A DNA stretch of 64,000 bases from an uncultured Candidatus Saccharibacteria bacterium (GCA_964575755.1 CAZNRH010000004.1:699-64698), one strand, 5' to 3'. Positions 45,836 to 56,700 are shown, counted from the first letter of the stretch. Program-made: numbers and translations. The notes: generated by a model from the sequence alone, not told the origin.

Positions 45836-46150
45836 ATGAAAAGGATAACATCAAATATAACAGTAAATAATAAGAAATATAATTACAGTCTTGAAGAAAA
45901 AAAGAAAGGTGTGGTTTTTGTTGAATGTAAAGATGCGAATATAGCGCAGGAATTTCTAGCAGAAGACGTTGCTCGTCTTATTATCGACTTGCCAAATTTA
46001 ATAATTGCCGAGAAAGAACATAATAAAAAACAGTCTGAAGTGATACGCTTTAGGGTTTCTTCTACAGACAAAAATAAAATAGAGAAAAAGGCTATTAAGG
46101 AAGGATATAGTTCTGTTTCTGACTATATGCGTAATGTTGTGTTGAGTTAA
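45836..46150 (+). CDS. hicB: HicB-like antitoxin with C-terminal ribbon-helix-helix domain
   Basis: 104 aa; C-terminal 'EVIRFRVSSTDKNKIEKKAIKEGYSSVSDYMRNVVL' is RHH/CopG-like; 20 nt after hicA. Confidence 0.6.
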   Translation: MKRITSNITVNNKKYNYSLEEKKKGVVFVECKDANIAQEFLAEDVARLIIDLPNLIIAEKEHNKKQSEVIRFRVSSTDKNKIEKKAIKEGYSSVSDYMRNVVLS

Positions 46151-46212
46151 GTATAGGGTTAATTTTTTATGGCAAAATTTGGCGGTTGAGTAGCCGAATT
46201 TAATTCAATGGG

Positions 46213-46460
46213 GTTGTTTTTGAAATGAGGGACGTCGGTCTCCGGTCTGTGGACATGATATTTTGCGAGATATCAGAATCAGACATGATTTCTTGAGAGA
46301 AATTAGACGTCCTTCATTACTAGGAAGATGCTAAAGATTATGGGTGGTAGAAGAGTGCCAGCTGTAACAATATCTGGCAAACGAGCGATTAGTTTGGGTA
46401 TAAAACCACCGATTGCTGATATCTCGCAAGATATCATGTCCACAGACTAGCTAATCGTGG
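46213..46460. repeat. MITE-like palindromic repeat cluster downstream of hicAB
   Basis: ~100-bp element with imperfect termini 'gaaatgagggacgtc ... gacgtccttcattac' enclosing 'ggtctgtggacatgatattttgcgagatatc'; an inverted copy of that core lies at 46418-46450. Confidence 0.65.
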
Positions 46461-46558
46461 GCTTTCGGGTTTTTATAAGCTTACAGAACTGAATGCAGTT
46501 TGGTGGAAAAAATAGGTAACAAAAGAGTCGCCTTTGTGTGGCGACTCTGATTTTGTAG

Positions 46559-46984
46559 TTATTCTTGTGCAAAGATAATTTTTTGATCCAAGGGAAGTTT
46601 TGCTTTCATTCCCGGACCTTGACCCAACCAGTCGTTAGGGAAGGCAAGGTAGAATGGTTCAGGATTTGGATTACGACTATGTAATGGATTCATGGCGACA
46701 TAGTACATTCCGTCGGCTAACCCTCCTTGGAGCCACAGTCGTGGACCGACTTCTGGGTGACAAATTTGATACCCTAGTTCTATTCCACGGACTAAAACTT
46801 CATTGAAGTCTGGGCTCTCGGTAAACCCAAGATTCTCGATGGTTACAATGAGTAGGTTCACGGTTGTGGTAACAGGTGCAACTCGAAAAGCTTGACCTTC
46901 CACCATCGCCTTTGCCCATACCTTAACCTTCACACGTGAAAGTTTTTTAAGAAGGTCTTCCTTAGTGTCACCGCCGATTCTCAC
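46559..46984 (-). CDS. Hypothetical protein (GC-richer island)
   Basis: 141-aa ORF; no recognisable motif. Confidence 0.4.
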   Translation of the reverse strand: MRIGGDTKEDLLKKLSRVKVKVWAKAMVEGQAFRVAPVTTTVNLLIVTIENLGFTESPDFNEVLVRGIELGYQICHPEVGPRLWLQGGLADGMYYVAMNPLHSRNPNPEPFYLAFPNDWLGQGPGMKAKLPLDQKIIFAQE

Positions 46985-47067
46985 ATCGACGGAGATACCA
47001 GGAAGTTGCGTAAATTCTCGAAGAACCTTCCTTATTCTCCGAACAACTTTCCCTTTCTGGCAGTATT

Positions 47068-47280
47068 CTATTCTTCTTCTTGCACAAAGATAGGGAATAG
47101 TCTATCAGGGCGATCTCTTGTGGGCTGTATCACCTCACCGTGTTCATCGAGTGCATAGTTACCGCGTCTTTTCGTCTCCCACGGACATTCGATAAATTCA
47201 TGGATTGTCATGTTATTCAGGAACTTTTCGCCGTTTCGTCGCTCAGTATGGTTTGGTTGGTCTTGCATAATTTCAGACAA
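47068..47280 (-). CDS. Hypothetical small protein (GC-richer island), possibly paired with 46559-46984
   Basis: 70-aa ORF 83 nt upstream of the previous gene, in a different frame. Confidence 0.35.
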   Translation of the reverse strand: MSEIMQDQPNHTERRNGEKFLNNMTIHEFIECPWETKRRGNYALDEHGEVIQPTRDRPDRLFPIFVQEEE

Positions 47281-47427
47281 ATCACTACTCCTTTTACTGA
47301 TTTCCTATTGGCATAATACTATATATATTAAATTTGTCTAAGGTTGGGCTTTTGGTTTTTAAATAGCGAAATATATGTTTTGTGATATAGTGACTTTTGA
47401 ATTGAACATTTAGAAGAGGTGCCTGCT

Positions 47428-47586
47428 ATGTTTGAGAAAATCGCAAAAATCGCTGCTAAGCTTTACTCGGGTAGGGATTGGCACAAGCTTTCGCAAGAGG
47501 AGAGAGGCTTGGTGAAGTCACTGGAAGAATCAGGACTTATCACCCTTAATAGTCCGGCAAATGGCTTTGTGGGTAGAGTGGCCTAA
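47428..47586 (+). CDS. Small ORF (52 aa) with Shine-Dalgarno and terminator
   Basis: 'GAAGAGGTG' 8 nt before the ATG; followed by hairpin 'cccgacagaagtctcgacttctgtcggg' plus T-run. Below the 60-aa ORF-track cutoff. Confidence 0.35.
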   Translation: MFEKIAKIAAKLYSGRDWHKLSQEERGLVKSLEESGLITLNSPANGFVGRVA

Positions 47587-47589
47587 ATT

Positions 47590-47634
47590 CCCCGACAGAA
47601 GTCTCGACTTCTGTCGGGCTTTTGTTTTGATTTT
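47590..47634. terminator. Bidirectional terminator (small ORF / recA)
   Basis: 'cccgacagaagtctcgacttctgtcgggcttttgttttgatttt'. Confidence 0.7.
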
Positions 47635-47691
47635 CTTTGATTTGTACAAGGGAGGTTCTTGGACAATATACTAAAAACTATTAACTACAAT

Positions 47692-48720
47692 CTAGACTAA
47701 AAACTTTTTGATATCTTTTAGGATTCTGTTGGTGAGCTTTTTGTTTTCTTTGAGCATTACTCGGGTGGCATCGTAGCCTCTACCGAGCTTCTCTATTTCC
47801 TTTTCGTCTCCTCCTGGTAGGTAAGAGTATGAAGCGCCTGCTTTTCTTATGATTCCGAATTTTTCTCCGAGGGCTAATAACTCGCCCTCTTTGGATATGC
47901 CTTCATTGTACATAAGGTCGAACTCTGTGACTTTAAACGGTGCGGCTATTTTGTTTTTGACTATCTTTACTCTGTGACGTCCTCCCATAACTTCATCGTT
48001 TTTCTTAATCTGTGCGATACGGCGGATGTCTATACGTACTGAGGTATAGAACTTCAACGCTTTTCCTCCTGTTGTTGTCTCTGGATTACCAAACATGACA
48101 CCTATTTGCATACGGATTTGGTTTATAAATATTACTATAGTCTTTGATTTGGCGGTTATTGCAGTGAGCTTCCTGAGTGCTTGTGACATTAGGCGCGCTT
48201 GCTTGCCGACGTGATGCGCCCCCATGTCGCCCTCTATCTCGTCTTTTGGTGTAAGGGCTGCAACTGAGTCTATGACTATGACATCAAGCTTACCTGAACG
48301 AATTAGGCTCTCGGTGATCTCAAGTGCTTGCTCTCCTGTGTCTGGCTGAGAGATAAGGAGTTCTTCGTTTTTAACGCCGAGTTTTTCTGCATATACTGGA
48401 TCCATGGCATGCTCTGCATCTATGAAGGCACACACACCGCCATTTTTCTGTGCTTCCGCTATTACGTGTAGAGAAAGGGTGGTTTTACCTGAACTTTCTG
48501 GACCGAATATTTCTATAATTCGCCCACGTGGGAGCCCTCCTATACCGAGAGCCCAATCAATACCAATTGACCCTGTATGAATTACGTCGACATCTACTCT
48601 TGGTTTGTCTCCGAGGCGCATGATTGCTTCGTCGCCGAATTTTGTTTTGATTTCGTTAATTGCGTCTTCAACTCCAGTATTGGTAGCTTTCGGCGCTTTC
48701 TTTGCTTTTTTTGTTGCCAT
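47692..48720 (-). CDS. recA: Recombinase RecA
   Basis: '[16 protein letters not shown]' Walker A and '[14 protein letters not shown]'. Confidence 0.97.
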   Translation of the reverse strand: MATKKAKKAPKATNTGVEDAINEIKTKFGDEAIMRLGDKPRVDVDVIHTGSIGIDWALGIGGLPRGRIIEIFGPESSGKTTLSLHVIAEAQKNGGVCAFIDAEHAMDPVYAEKLGVKNEELLISQPDTGEQALEITESLIRSGKLDVIVIDSVAALTPKDEIEGDMGAHHVGKQARLMSQALRKLTAITAKSKTIVIFINQIRMQIGVMFGNPETTTGGKALKFYTSVRIDIRRIAQIKKNDEVMGGRHRVKIVKNKIAAPFKVTEFDLMYNEGISKEGELLALGEKFGIIRKAGASYSYLPGGDEKEIEKLGRGYDATRVMLKENKKLTNRILKDIKKFLV

Positions 48721-48915
48721 ATTTTTAGATTTAATTATGCTCCCAGTTTATTTAAGAGCGAAGCGATTAATTTATAAACTGCAGTGCAGGGAGGTCGTTA
48801 GACCGAGTCGTGAATTAGGAATTATGAATAAGGAATTATGTTAAATATTTATAGGATAAGTATACACTAGGTTTTGGGCGTTTTTGGCAAGTATTGATAT
48901 TCGGCGAAAATATAG

Positions 48916-48955
48916 AAAACCACGTGCAGGTGCAGCCTGCACGTGGTTTTCTGTT
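48916..48955. terminator. Bidirectional terminator
   Basis: 'aaaaccacgtgcaggtgcagcctgcacgtggttttctgttc'. Confidence 0.7.
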
Positions 48956-48970
48956 CTCCTAAAAGCTACT

Positions 48971-49318
48971 CTAGTTGTATACAAGCTCAAGAACCTCTTT
49001 TGTTTCTATACCAAACCGATCTTCTGCTCGTATAGTGACTATATTGTATCCTTTGGATAGTAATATCTTTTCTTTAAACGCCCCGCTTTCATCTATGTAG
49101 ATTTGTCTATCATTTAAGCTGATACTCGATATGTTTTTCGCTGCGCCAGATATCTCTACTAGGGAAGATGTGAACACATCACCGCTTTGTGGTTCTGATA
49201 TTGTTAGTACTGGTCCAGTTACCAAGTTTTGCATCTGGAAGTACGTGTACCCAAGTATGCCGAGTAAAAGGAGGATAAATATTACAGTTTTTATGTTTGC
49301 TCGTTTGATCAGGGTCAT
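48971..49318 (-). CDS. Membrane-anchored hypothetical protein
   Basis: 115 aa; N-terminal TM helix 'TVIFILLLLGILGYTYF'. Confidence 0.45.
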   Translation of the reverse strand: MTLIKRANIKTVIFILLLLGILGYTYFQMQNLVTGPVLTISEPQSGDVFTSSLVEISGAAKNISSISLNDRQIYIDESGAFKEKILLSKGYNIVTIRAEDRFGIETKEVLELVYN

Positions 49319-49373
49319 TAGGAGTGGTTATAAAGTTCAAATTAATTGGTAAGTTGGTAAAGAAGTTTATGGG

Positions 49374-51725
49374 TTACTTAACAACGCCTTTGGGCGCGAT
49401 TTCTTCTGAGGAATCGTCGTCATCTTCATATAATTCTTCCTCTTCAGATGGGAGTTCGTCACCTGTCCCGTTAGAAGTAGACTCGTCAGAGTCGTCAGTT
49501 CTAACGGGATCGGTTTCGTCAACGTCGTCTCCGGACGTGATTTCTTCTGAGAAATCATCGTGGTCGTCAAGAACCTCACGTGGTTTTGAGCCGTTTGCTG
49601 GGCCTATTACTCCTCTGTCTTCAAGCATATCCATTAAGCGTGCTGCACGAGCATAACCTACACGCAACTTTCGTTGTAGGTATGATGTTGAGGCTTTTCC
49701 TGCTTCGATAATTACGCGATATGCGTCGTCGTACAGAGCATCTTCTTGCTCATCTTGATCATCGAGAGTTGCGGAGAACATGGCAGGGTCTCCACTGGTT
49801 TCAGTGAAATCTATTTCACTTGGTAATTCATTTTCGTAACTCTTAATCAAGAACGAAGACACTTTCTTTAATTCTGTTTCTGTTATAAATGGAGATTGTA
49901 TTCGTAGTGGTTTAGACATTTCTCCTGAAAGGAAGAGCATATCTCCTGCACCAAGAAGCTTCTCTGCACCTCCTGTGTCGAGAATGGTTCGTGAGTCTAT
50001 CTGCGAAGATACTTGTAAGGCGATGCGTGTTGGTATGTTGGCTTTAATAAGTCCTGTAATAACCTGCACTGAAGGCCTTTGTGTTGAAAGTATTAAATGA
50101 ATTCCTACTGCACGACTCATTTGTGCAAGACGTACTATGGCACTCTCGAGCTCTCGTGGATATGCTTGCATTATGTCTGCAAGCTCGTCGATAATAAGTA
50201 CAATATACGGCATTGGTTCTGGTACCTCGTCTTCTGGCAAGTCTTTGTCGACTGATGGCGCGACTATGTTCTTGTGATAAGAAGATATGTCTCGCACTGA
50301 GGCTTCTTCTAATATGTCGTAGCGCCTATCCATCTCATTTGCGAGCCATTTGAGGGCTAAGATAGTCTTCTTAGCATTAGTTATTACAGGAGTGAGTAGG
50401 TGTGGAATGTTTTTGTATAGAGTTAATTCGACACGTTTTGGATCAACTAAGATAAGTCGCATGTCTTGTGGTGACTTGCGGTAGATAAGTGACATAACTA
50501 CATTGTGAATCATGACTGATTTACCTGATCCAGTTGCTCCGGCAATAAGAAGGTGAGGCATCTTCGCTAAATCATAGAAATGTGAGTTACCGACAATGTC
50601 GCGGCCGAGACCTATGAGCAGTGACTTATCTGAGTTCTGGTACTCATCATTTGCTAATAGGGAAGCGAGTCCTACCATAGCTTTAGACTTGTTTGGTATT
50701 TCAATGCCAACGAGTGACTTGCCTGGTATTGGTGCTTCTATGCGTACTGGATATGCTGCGAGTGCGAGCTCTAGATTGTTTTGAAGTGTGAGAATTTTAG
50801 AAAGTCTAACTCCTTCGGCTGGTTTGAGTGTGTAGCGAGTTACTGTCGGACCGATAGAAACTTCATCCATCTCTACTTGTATGCCAAAGTTTTGTAGCGT
50901 GCGTTTTATGATGTTGGCATTTGCTTTTACGTCTCCCACGTCTGGCTTTCCTTTATCCTTTTCAAGTAGTGACAGGGGAGGGGGAGTGTACTCTCCAAAC
51001 GATGCATATGTATTTATTTTAGGATCTTTTTTGCCGAAACCGAGTAGACCTTTTAATCCACCAGCGCCTTCTTCTTCGTCTTCAGTTTCTTCTTCGTCGT
51101 ATTCCTCCTCCTCTGCATCTTCATCGCCTCCGGGCGCGATTTCTTGCGAGAAATCGTCATCTTCTTCGTACGCTTCTTCCTCGGCGTCATCCTCGTAGTA
51201 TTTCTCCTCTTCAGTATCTTTTCGTTTGAAGACATTCAAGAATGAAAAACTTGGCAGGAAGTCGAACATAATAACAAGAGACAATATAATAAGCACAACG
51301 AGCATAAGTACAGATGCATATACATCGAGTAATGCAACAATAGGGGACGATACGAAACCTCCTATTATTCCAGCACTTCCTTTAAATGCTATATCTATAA
51401 TTCCTAAACTTGAGAGTATAAATACTCCTGCGCTCACGTTCTTTAGTGTGCCGTATGCATGTTCGTATGAACGAAAGAATGAAATTGCTATGAAAAATAG
51501 AACGATAGGTAATAAGAAGTATCCAACACCAAAGAGAGTGGAGAGACTGTTGAATGTAGCTCGCCCTGCTATACCTGCGATATTAAATGCGGACAGTATA
51601 AAAAAGAGTGTGATAAATAGGAATACGATACCCCAAATACCACGTACAGTTTCTTCTTTCAGGTCTTCAAATATGTTACTAATTGCAAGATCTTTTTTAT
51701 TTCCTTTTTTCTTTTTTTTAGCCAT
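49374..51725 (-). CDS. ftsK: DNA translocase FtsK/SpoIIIE
   Basis: N-terminal TM segments, acidic linker, motor domain 'LIAGATGSGKSVMIHNVVMSL', gamma domain '...STSYLQRKLRVGYARAARLMDMLE', then an extra acidic C-terminal tail. Confidence 0.92.
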   Translation of the reverse strand: MAKKKKKGNKKDLAISNIFEDLKEETVRGIWGIVFLFITLFFILSAFNIAGIAGRATFNSLSTLFGVGYFLLPIVLFFIAISFFRSYEHAYGTLKNVSAGVFILSSLGIIDIAFKGSAGIIGGFVSSPIVALLDVYASVLMLVVLIILSLVIMFDFLPSFSFLNVFKRKDTEEEKYYEDDAEEEAYEEDDDFSQEIAPGGDEDAEEEEYDEEETEDEEEGAGGLKGLLGFGKKDPKINTYASFGEYTPPPLSLLEKDKGKPDVGDVKANANIIKRTLQNFGIQVEMDEVSIGPTVTRYTLKPAEGVRLSKILTLQNNLELALAAYPVRIEAPIPGKSLVGIEIPNKSKAMVGLASLLANDEYQNSDKSLLIGLGRDIVGNSHFYDLAKMPHLLIAGATGSGKSVMIHNVVMSLIYRKSPQDMRLILVDPKRVELTLYKNIPHLLTPVITNAKKTILALKWLANEMDRRYDILEEASVRDISSYHKNIVAPSVDKDLPEDEVPEPMPYIVLIIDELADIMQAYPRELESAIVRLAQMSRAVGIHLILSTQRPSVQVITGLIKANIPTRIALQVSSQIDSRTILDTGGAEKLLGAGDMLFLSGEMSKPLRIQSPFITETELKKVSSFLIKSYENELPSEIDFTETSGDPAMFSATLDDQDEQEDALYDDAYRVIIEAGKASTSYLQRKLRVGYARAARLMDMLEDRGVIGPANGSKPREVLDDHDDFSEEITSGDDVDETDPVRTDDSDESTSNGTGDELPSEEEELYEDDDDSSEEIAPKGVVK

Positions 51726-51865
51726 GTCTTAGATTTTATTGTGAATGTAGTGAATTAGAAAATCTTAGACCCACCTAAAGTTTTTGCTTTTTTACTCGCA
51801 AAAAATTTGGAGGGTACGCTGATTTCTATCAATAATAACATAACTAGGCAGTATAAAGCTGTGGG

Positions 51866-51930
51866 AAAGCCCCTGATTGCGTGGCTACCGATTTGTTCAA
51901 GAGTGAAGCGAGTCGTAAATCAGGGGCTTT
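51866..51930. repeat. Inverted repeat 'AAAGCCCCTGATTGCG...AATCAGGGGCTTT' upstream of 52180
   Basis: Related hairpin 'aaagcccctgattgcttcgcaatcgggggcttt' at 52985-53017 flanks the same gene on its 3' side. Confidence 0.55.
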
Positions 51931-52059
51931 GGGTTATGTAGAAGCTTATATTCAATACATAACCAAGGACAACCCTTGGTTATGTATTTGGCGGTCGGAC
52001 CGCCAAATGGATGACATTTTTGTGTATGTGTTTTGTAATGATTTTGCCTATTGTACTTT

Positions 52060-52182
52060 TGGATGTCCTATATATAATGGACATAAGTTAATATGTCTTT
52101 AAAAAAGATAAAAGACATGATAAGAGACAAGACGAAAGACACTTCTAAGACATGTCTTTAAGACATAAATAATGTCCTTATG
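52060..52182 (+). promoter_or_regulatory. Array of palindromic operator-like sites (GACAT/ATGTC half-sites) ending on the start codon of the downstream HTH-protein gene
   Basis: 'atgtcctatatataatggacat', 'aagacatgtctt', 'taagacataaataatgtcctta'. Confidence 0.5.
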
Positions 52183-52953
52183 GTTAATAAAAAGAACAAG
52201 CAGCTACAATCGCCAACATATTCATACGGAAAGACTGGGTTTGACGTCAGTGTGCACAGCCCTTTTGGAGATAATTATGCAGGTGCTCATGCGTACGAAA
52301 AAACAGAGAAAATTATTATCGCACTCCACCTTGTTACAAACTCTGTCCCTGAGAAAGAGTCCGTTAGAAATACTGTAAGAGACAAATCAATTTGTATTCT
52401 ATCAGACATACTTCAACTTCGATCTGGTTTTAAATCTGCTGGGTCTTATAGGGTTGATAATGTTGTCGCATCTATATATGAAGTCATGTCTCTGCTCGAC
52501 ATTCTACATGTTGCGGGATTTGTATCGGATATGAATCTGGAGGTACTTAAAAGGGAATTAAGTGGCCTTATTATATTTATTAGGGAATCTTCCGACACAG
52601 AACTCTCAGAGAAGGTGGTAGTTGGTAACGGACATTTTAATATAGAAAATATTAAGGACAGAAGTACGTCCTTTAATATAAAAGACTCCGAAAGGACGTT
52701 TAGTAATATAAAAGACACTAAAAAGTATACACACAGCAATTCAACAACTTCTGCTTCTGCAAAGCATAATGAACGAAGCGAAGCTATACTTAAACTCATA
52801 GGAGACAAGGAACGTGTAAATGTAAAGGACGTTTCCGCGGTGATTACTGATTGTAGTGAGAAAACTATCCAGCGTGAACTTATAGCTCTTATACATAAAG
52901 GTGTCCTTAAGAAAGAAGGGGAGAGAAGGTGGAGTATGTATTCGTTAGTATAA
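52180..52953 (+). CDS. Hypothetical protein with C-terminal winged-helix DNA-binding domain
   Basis: C-terminal 'SEKTIQRELIALIHKGVLKKEGERRWSMYSL' resembles DeoR/MarR-type wHTH. Confidence 0.45.
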   Translation: MVNKKNKQLQSPTYSYGKTGFDVSVHSPFGDNYAGAHAYEKTEKIIIALHLVTNSVPEKESVRNTVRDKSICILSDILQLRSGFKSAGSYRVDNVVASIYEVMSLLDILHVAGFVSDMNLEVLKRELSGLIIFIRESSDTELSEKVVVGNGHFNIENIKDRSTSFNIKDSERTFSNIKDTKKYTHSNSTTSASAKHNERSEAILKLIGDKERVNVKDVSAVITDCSEKTIQRELIALIHKGVLKKEGERRWSMYSLV

Positions 52954-52984
52954 AACTGTAGCTATTTCGTGGCTTAAAATGGTT

Positions 52985-53017
52985 AAAGCCCCTGATTGCT
53001 TCGCAATCGGGGGCTTT
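52985..53017. repeat. Hairpin repeat 'AAAGCCCCTGATTGC-TTCG-CAATCGGGGGCTTT'
   Basis: Stem-loop right after the 52953 stop; relative of the 51866-51930 inverted repeat. Confidence 0.55.
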
Positions 53018-53774
53018 ACTGTTTACATGGCGTAGTTTAGGTGTATTTTATTGAAAGCTATAAGCTAGAACGGATAAGCTGTTTTAGGGTTGACTTTATA
53101 TGCCTAAAACAGTAATATATGCCCCAATGGATGTTAGCGGACAACTGTTAATTAGTGCTTAAAAGCACTTTCCCTGTGTGCCTTATATAAAGGTATTTAC
53201 GGGGCTTTGTTCGTTGCAATATAAGGAGTAAAAACATGTAGATTTAGCGTCTTTTAGCAATAATCTAGACGATAAAAAATCTTCATGATTGTACCCTTAT
53301 ATAAGGTCATGTACCTTTATCCACATGTACCGTTTTGATTGCTCATTATAGGAAGATATAATTTACCTTAAGCAATCCCGTTGTAGCGGGATGTGAATTG
53401 GGTGAATGATTTGACTACTGGCAGTAAAACGGTGAAGGGAAGATCGTTGACAAAATAATAATAAATTAAAGTTGTTCATAAAAAACATATTCTTTTTATA
53501 TTGTTTTTGAACAATTATTTTACTGGATTACTTTATACATAAATGGAAGTTATTCTTGAAACTCAGTCTAAAACCCTTACCTGCTAAACTCGTTGCTTAT
53601 GTCGATAACTAGGTAGCGATTAATTAGTGAAGGAAAATATCGGACGTGAACAACCTCGTAATGCTTGGTCGCTAACAAAGCATTTGGTTGAACACATAAT
53701 AAAGGACAGAAATATATTTTGGTCGAACAAAATTATTCTGTACCTATATGAGGTTTGTGTGTCTATGAAGACAC

Positions 53775-56700
53775 ATGGACACACAAAAAGTTTATAGGAA
53801 AATTAAATTAATTATGACTAACACATTACAAACAAGAAAAATCGTAACAGCACTTATTGTTGTTGCAATGATCTTCGGCGCAATGTTTGCATTCACATCA
53901 GTGAAAGCATACGCACTTACCGAAGCTCAAATACAGTCAATCCTTTCTTTGCTCTCATCCTTTGGATCAGATCAAGGAGTGATTGACAATGTTAACGCCT
54001 CACTTCGAGGACAGGCAACAAGTGGAACTGGTTCAACTGGTACCACAGCATGTTCTTTCTCAGCTTCTCTTACAATGGGAAGTAAAGGTGCAGACGTAAC
54101 ATGTCTACAAGATTACTTAACAGGAACAGGTCACTTCACATTCTCAGGAGGCTCAACCGGATACTTCGGTTCAGTTACTAAGAGTGCAGTGGCAGCATGG
54201 CAAGCAGCTAACGGTGTTGCTCCAGCAGTTGGATACTTTGGCCCAATTTCAATGGCTAAGTACACAGCAGTTGCAGGAACAACAACAGGTGGTGACACAT
54301 CAGGTGGAACAACAACTCCAGCTCCAACAGGAACAGGACTTAGCGTTTCAGCAGGTGTACAACCAGCAGCTTCACTAGCGCCAGAAAGCGCAGCACGCGT
54401 ACCATTTACAAACTTCACAGTAACCGCAGGTTCAGATGGAGCAGTAACAATGAACAGTGTTGTAGTTGAAAGGACAGGACTTGCAGCAAATGCAGCATTT
54501 GCAGGTGTTGTACTTCTTGACTCAAACGGAGTAATGCTTGGAACAGCAAAGACTCTTAACTCAAACGATCAGGCAACTGTTGGAGAGGCAGTAACTATCC
54601 CAGCAGGAACATCACAAACATTTACCGTTGCAGGTAACATGGCAGCTGTTAACACATTGCGAGCAGGACAAGTGGCTTCACTTTCAATCGTGTCAGTTAA
54701 TACGACAGCAACAGTAAGTGGATCACTTCCAATTACTGGTGCTTCACACACAATTAACTCAACACTTACAATTGGTGCAGCTACAATGGCCGTATCTTCA
54801 TTTGATCCAAACTCAGCACAAAGCAAAGAGATTGGAACAACAGGGGTACGAGTAGCTGGTGTCCAAGTTACTGCAGGTTCAGCAGAGGACATTCGAATTC
54901 GAAACATTCGATGGAATCAAACTGGTTCAGCAGGAACAACTGACATTACTAATATTGTGACTGTAGTTGACGGTACTTCATACCCAACAACTATTTCATC
55001 AGATGGTAATTACTACACATCGAACTTCGGTTCAGGGATTGTAGTAACTAAAGGAAACAATGTAGATGTCTACGTAAAGGTAGACATAGCTTCAGGTTCA
55101 TCACGAACAGTAATTATGGATATTGCTAAGGCAACAGACATCTACGTTACAGGTGAAACCTTCGGATATGGAATTACAGCTACTCAGTCTCAAGACGGTA
55201 CAGTAGGATTAACTACTGCTTCTGAGTTTACAACTGGGTCTCCATTCTTTGACAACGCAACAATGACTATCTCAGCTGGATCAGTAACTACTATCCAGAA
55301 GTCAGCGTCAGTTGCAGCTCAAAACATTGCTGTTAACGTTTCTAATCAACCACTTGGTGGATTCGAGACAGACATCAAGGGAGAAGCTATCAACATCGCA
55401 GGAATGACATTCACTGTTGCTACTTCATCGGTTAGCACTGGTGGTCTTTTGACAAATGTAACTATTGTTGACCAGAACGGTTCAGTAGTTGCAGGTCCAA
55501 TTGATTCAACAGGATACGCTCCACAGACACTTGCATTTACTGATTCAATAACCATTCCAACAGGAAAGATGGTTTACACACTGAAAGGTAAGATTGGAGC
55601 AAATGCTACAAATGGTGGTACTTACATAGCGACAACAGATCCTTCTTCAACATGGACTACTCCAGTTGGAGATGTAACAGGTGATGCAATTACAATTGCA
55701 ACAGGTTCATTCTCTCTTAACACTATGACAGTTAAGGCAGCTGCACTTGATATTGCAATTTCATCAACACCAGTTGCACAGAACATCACTGCAGGAGCAC
55801 AAGACTTTACATTTGCTAATGTACAGCTTGACGCAACTCAGTCAGGTGAGGACGTAAGATTCTCTTCACTTAAGCTTGCAATGACATTTAGTGGAATGGC
55901 AGTTACAGATGTAACAGCTTGTCAGCTGTTTGATGGCTCAACTGCTTTGAACACAGGTTCAAATGTAGTAACACCTTCAGGATCTTCTGACGCTGACCAA
56001 ACTTTCACACTTGACCAGACATTAACTATTTCAAAAGGAACAGTTAAGTCACTTGCAGTTAAATGTGACCTTGCAAGTGGTCTTAGTGACGGAGATTACG
56101 TTGCTTGGGGTATTAACTTAGCATCTTCTAACCCAACAGTTACAGGTGTAACTTCATCTAGTTCAGTATCAGAAAATATTTCTGACGCAACAGGACCTCA
56201 GATGACAGTTGCAACAGTAGGTGTTGTAGCTTCAAAGGACTCAGCGAGCCCTTCATACGTGATTGGAGCAGCTGGCTCAACTGGAGTTAACGCAGGAGTT
56301 ATTAAATTCCGAGCTTCAAACGAAGCGGTTACACTTCAAAGAGTAGGATTGGTACTTACAAGCGGTGCAGCAGCAGACCTTGTACAGGTTTCTCTATGGG
56401 ATGGCTCAACTAAGGTTGGTACAGCTATCTTTGTAGGATCAAACACAAACGCAACTTCAACTCTAACAACTCCTGTCACACTTCCTAAGGATGTTGACAA
56501 GACGTTGACAGTTAAAGTTGACCTTGCAAGTATTGGTTCTTCACAACCAGGAACACAAGGTAAATTGATTAAGGTTGACATCAACACAGACGGAACTAAC
56601 ACCCAAGGAGTCGGACAAGAATCAGGAACAACAGTTACTGTTTCAGGTTCAACTTTGGTGGATGGAGTACGTATGATGAAGTCATACCCAACATTCGCAA

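Noticed and set aside
46559-47280. Considered that the two minus-strand ORFs are one frameshifted gene
   Set aside because: They are in different frames with an 83-nt gap. Without homologues I cannot tell a pseudogene from two small genes, so they are reported separately at low confidence.
52954-53774. Tried to recognise RNase P RNA, tmRNA, SRP RNA or 6S RNA in the long ORF-free region
   Set aside because: Could not find the hallmark conserved strings (for example GGTTCGA T-arm plus tag-peptide frame for tmRNA, RNase P P4 sequences) by eye. Left as an unexplained region needing a covariance-model scan.
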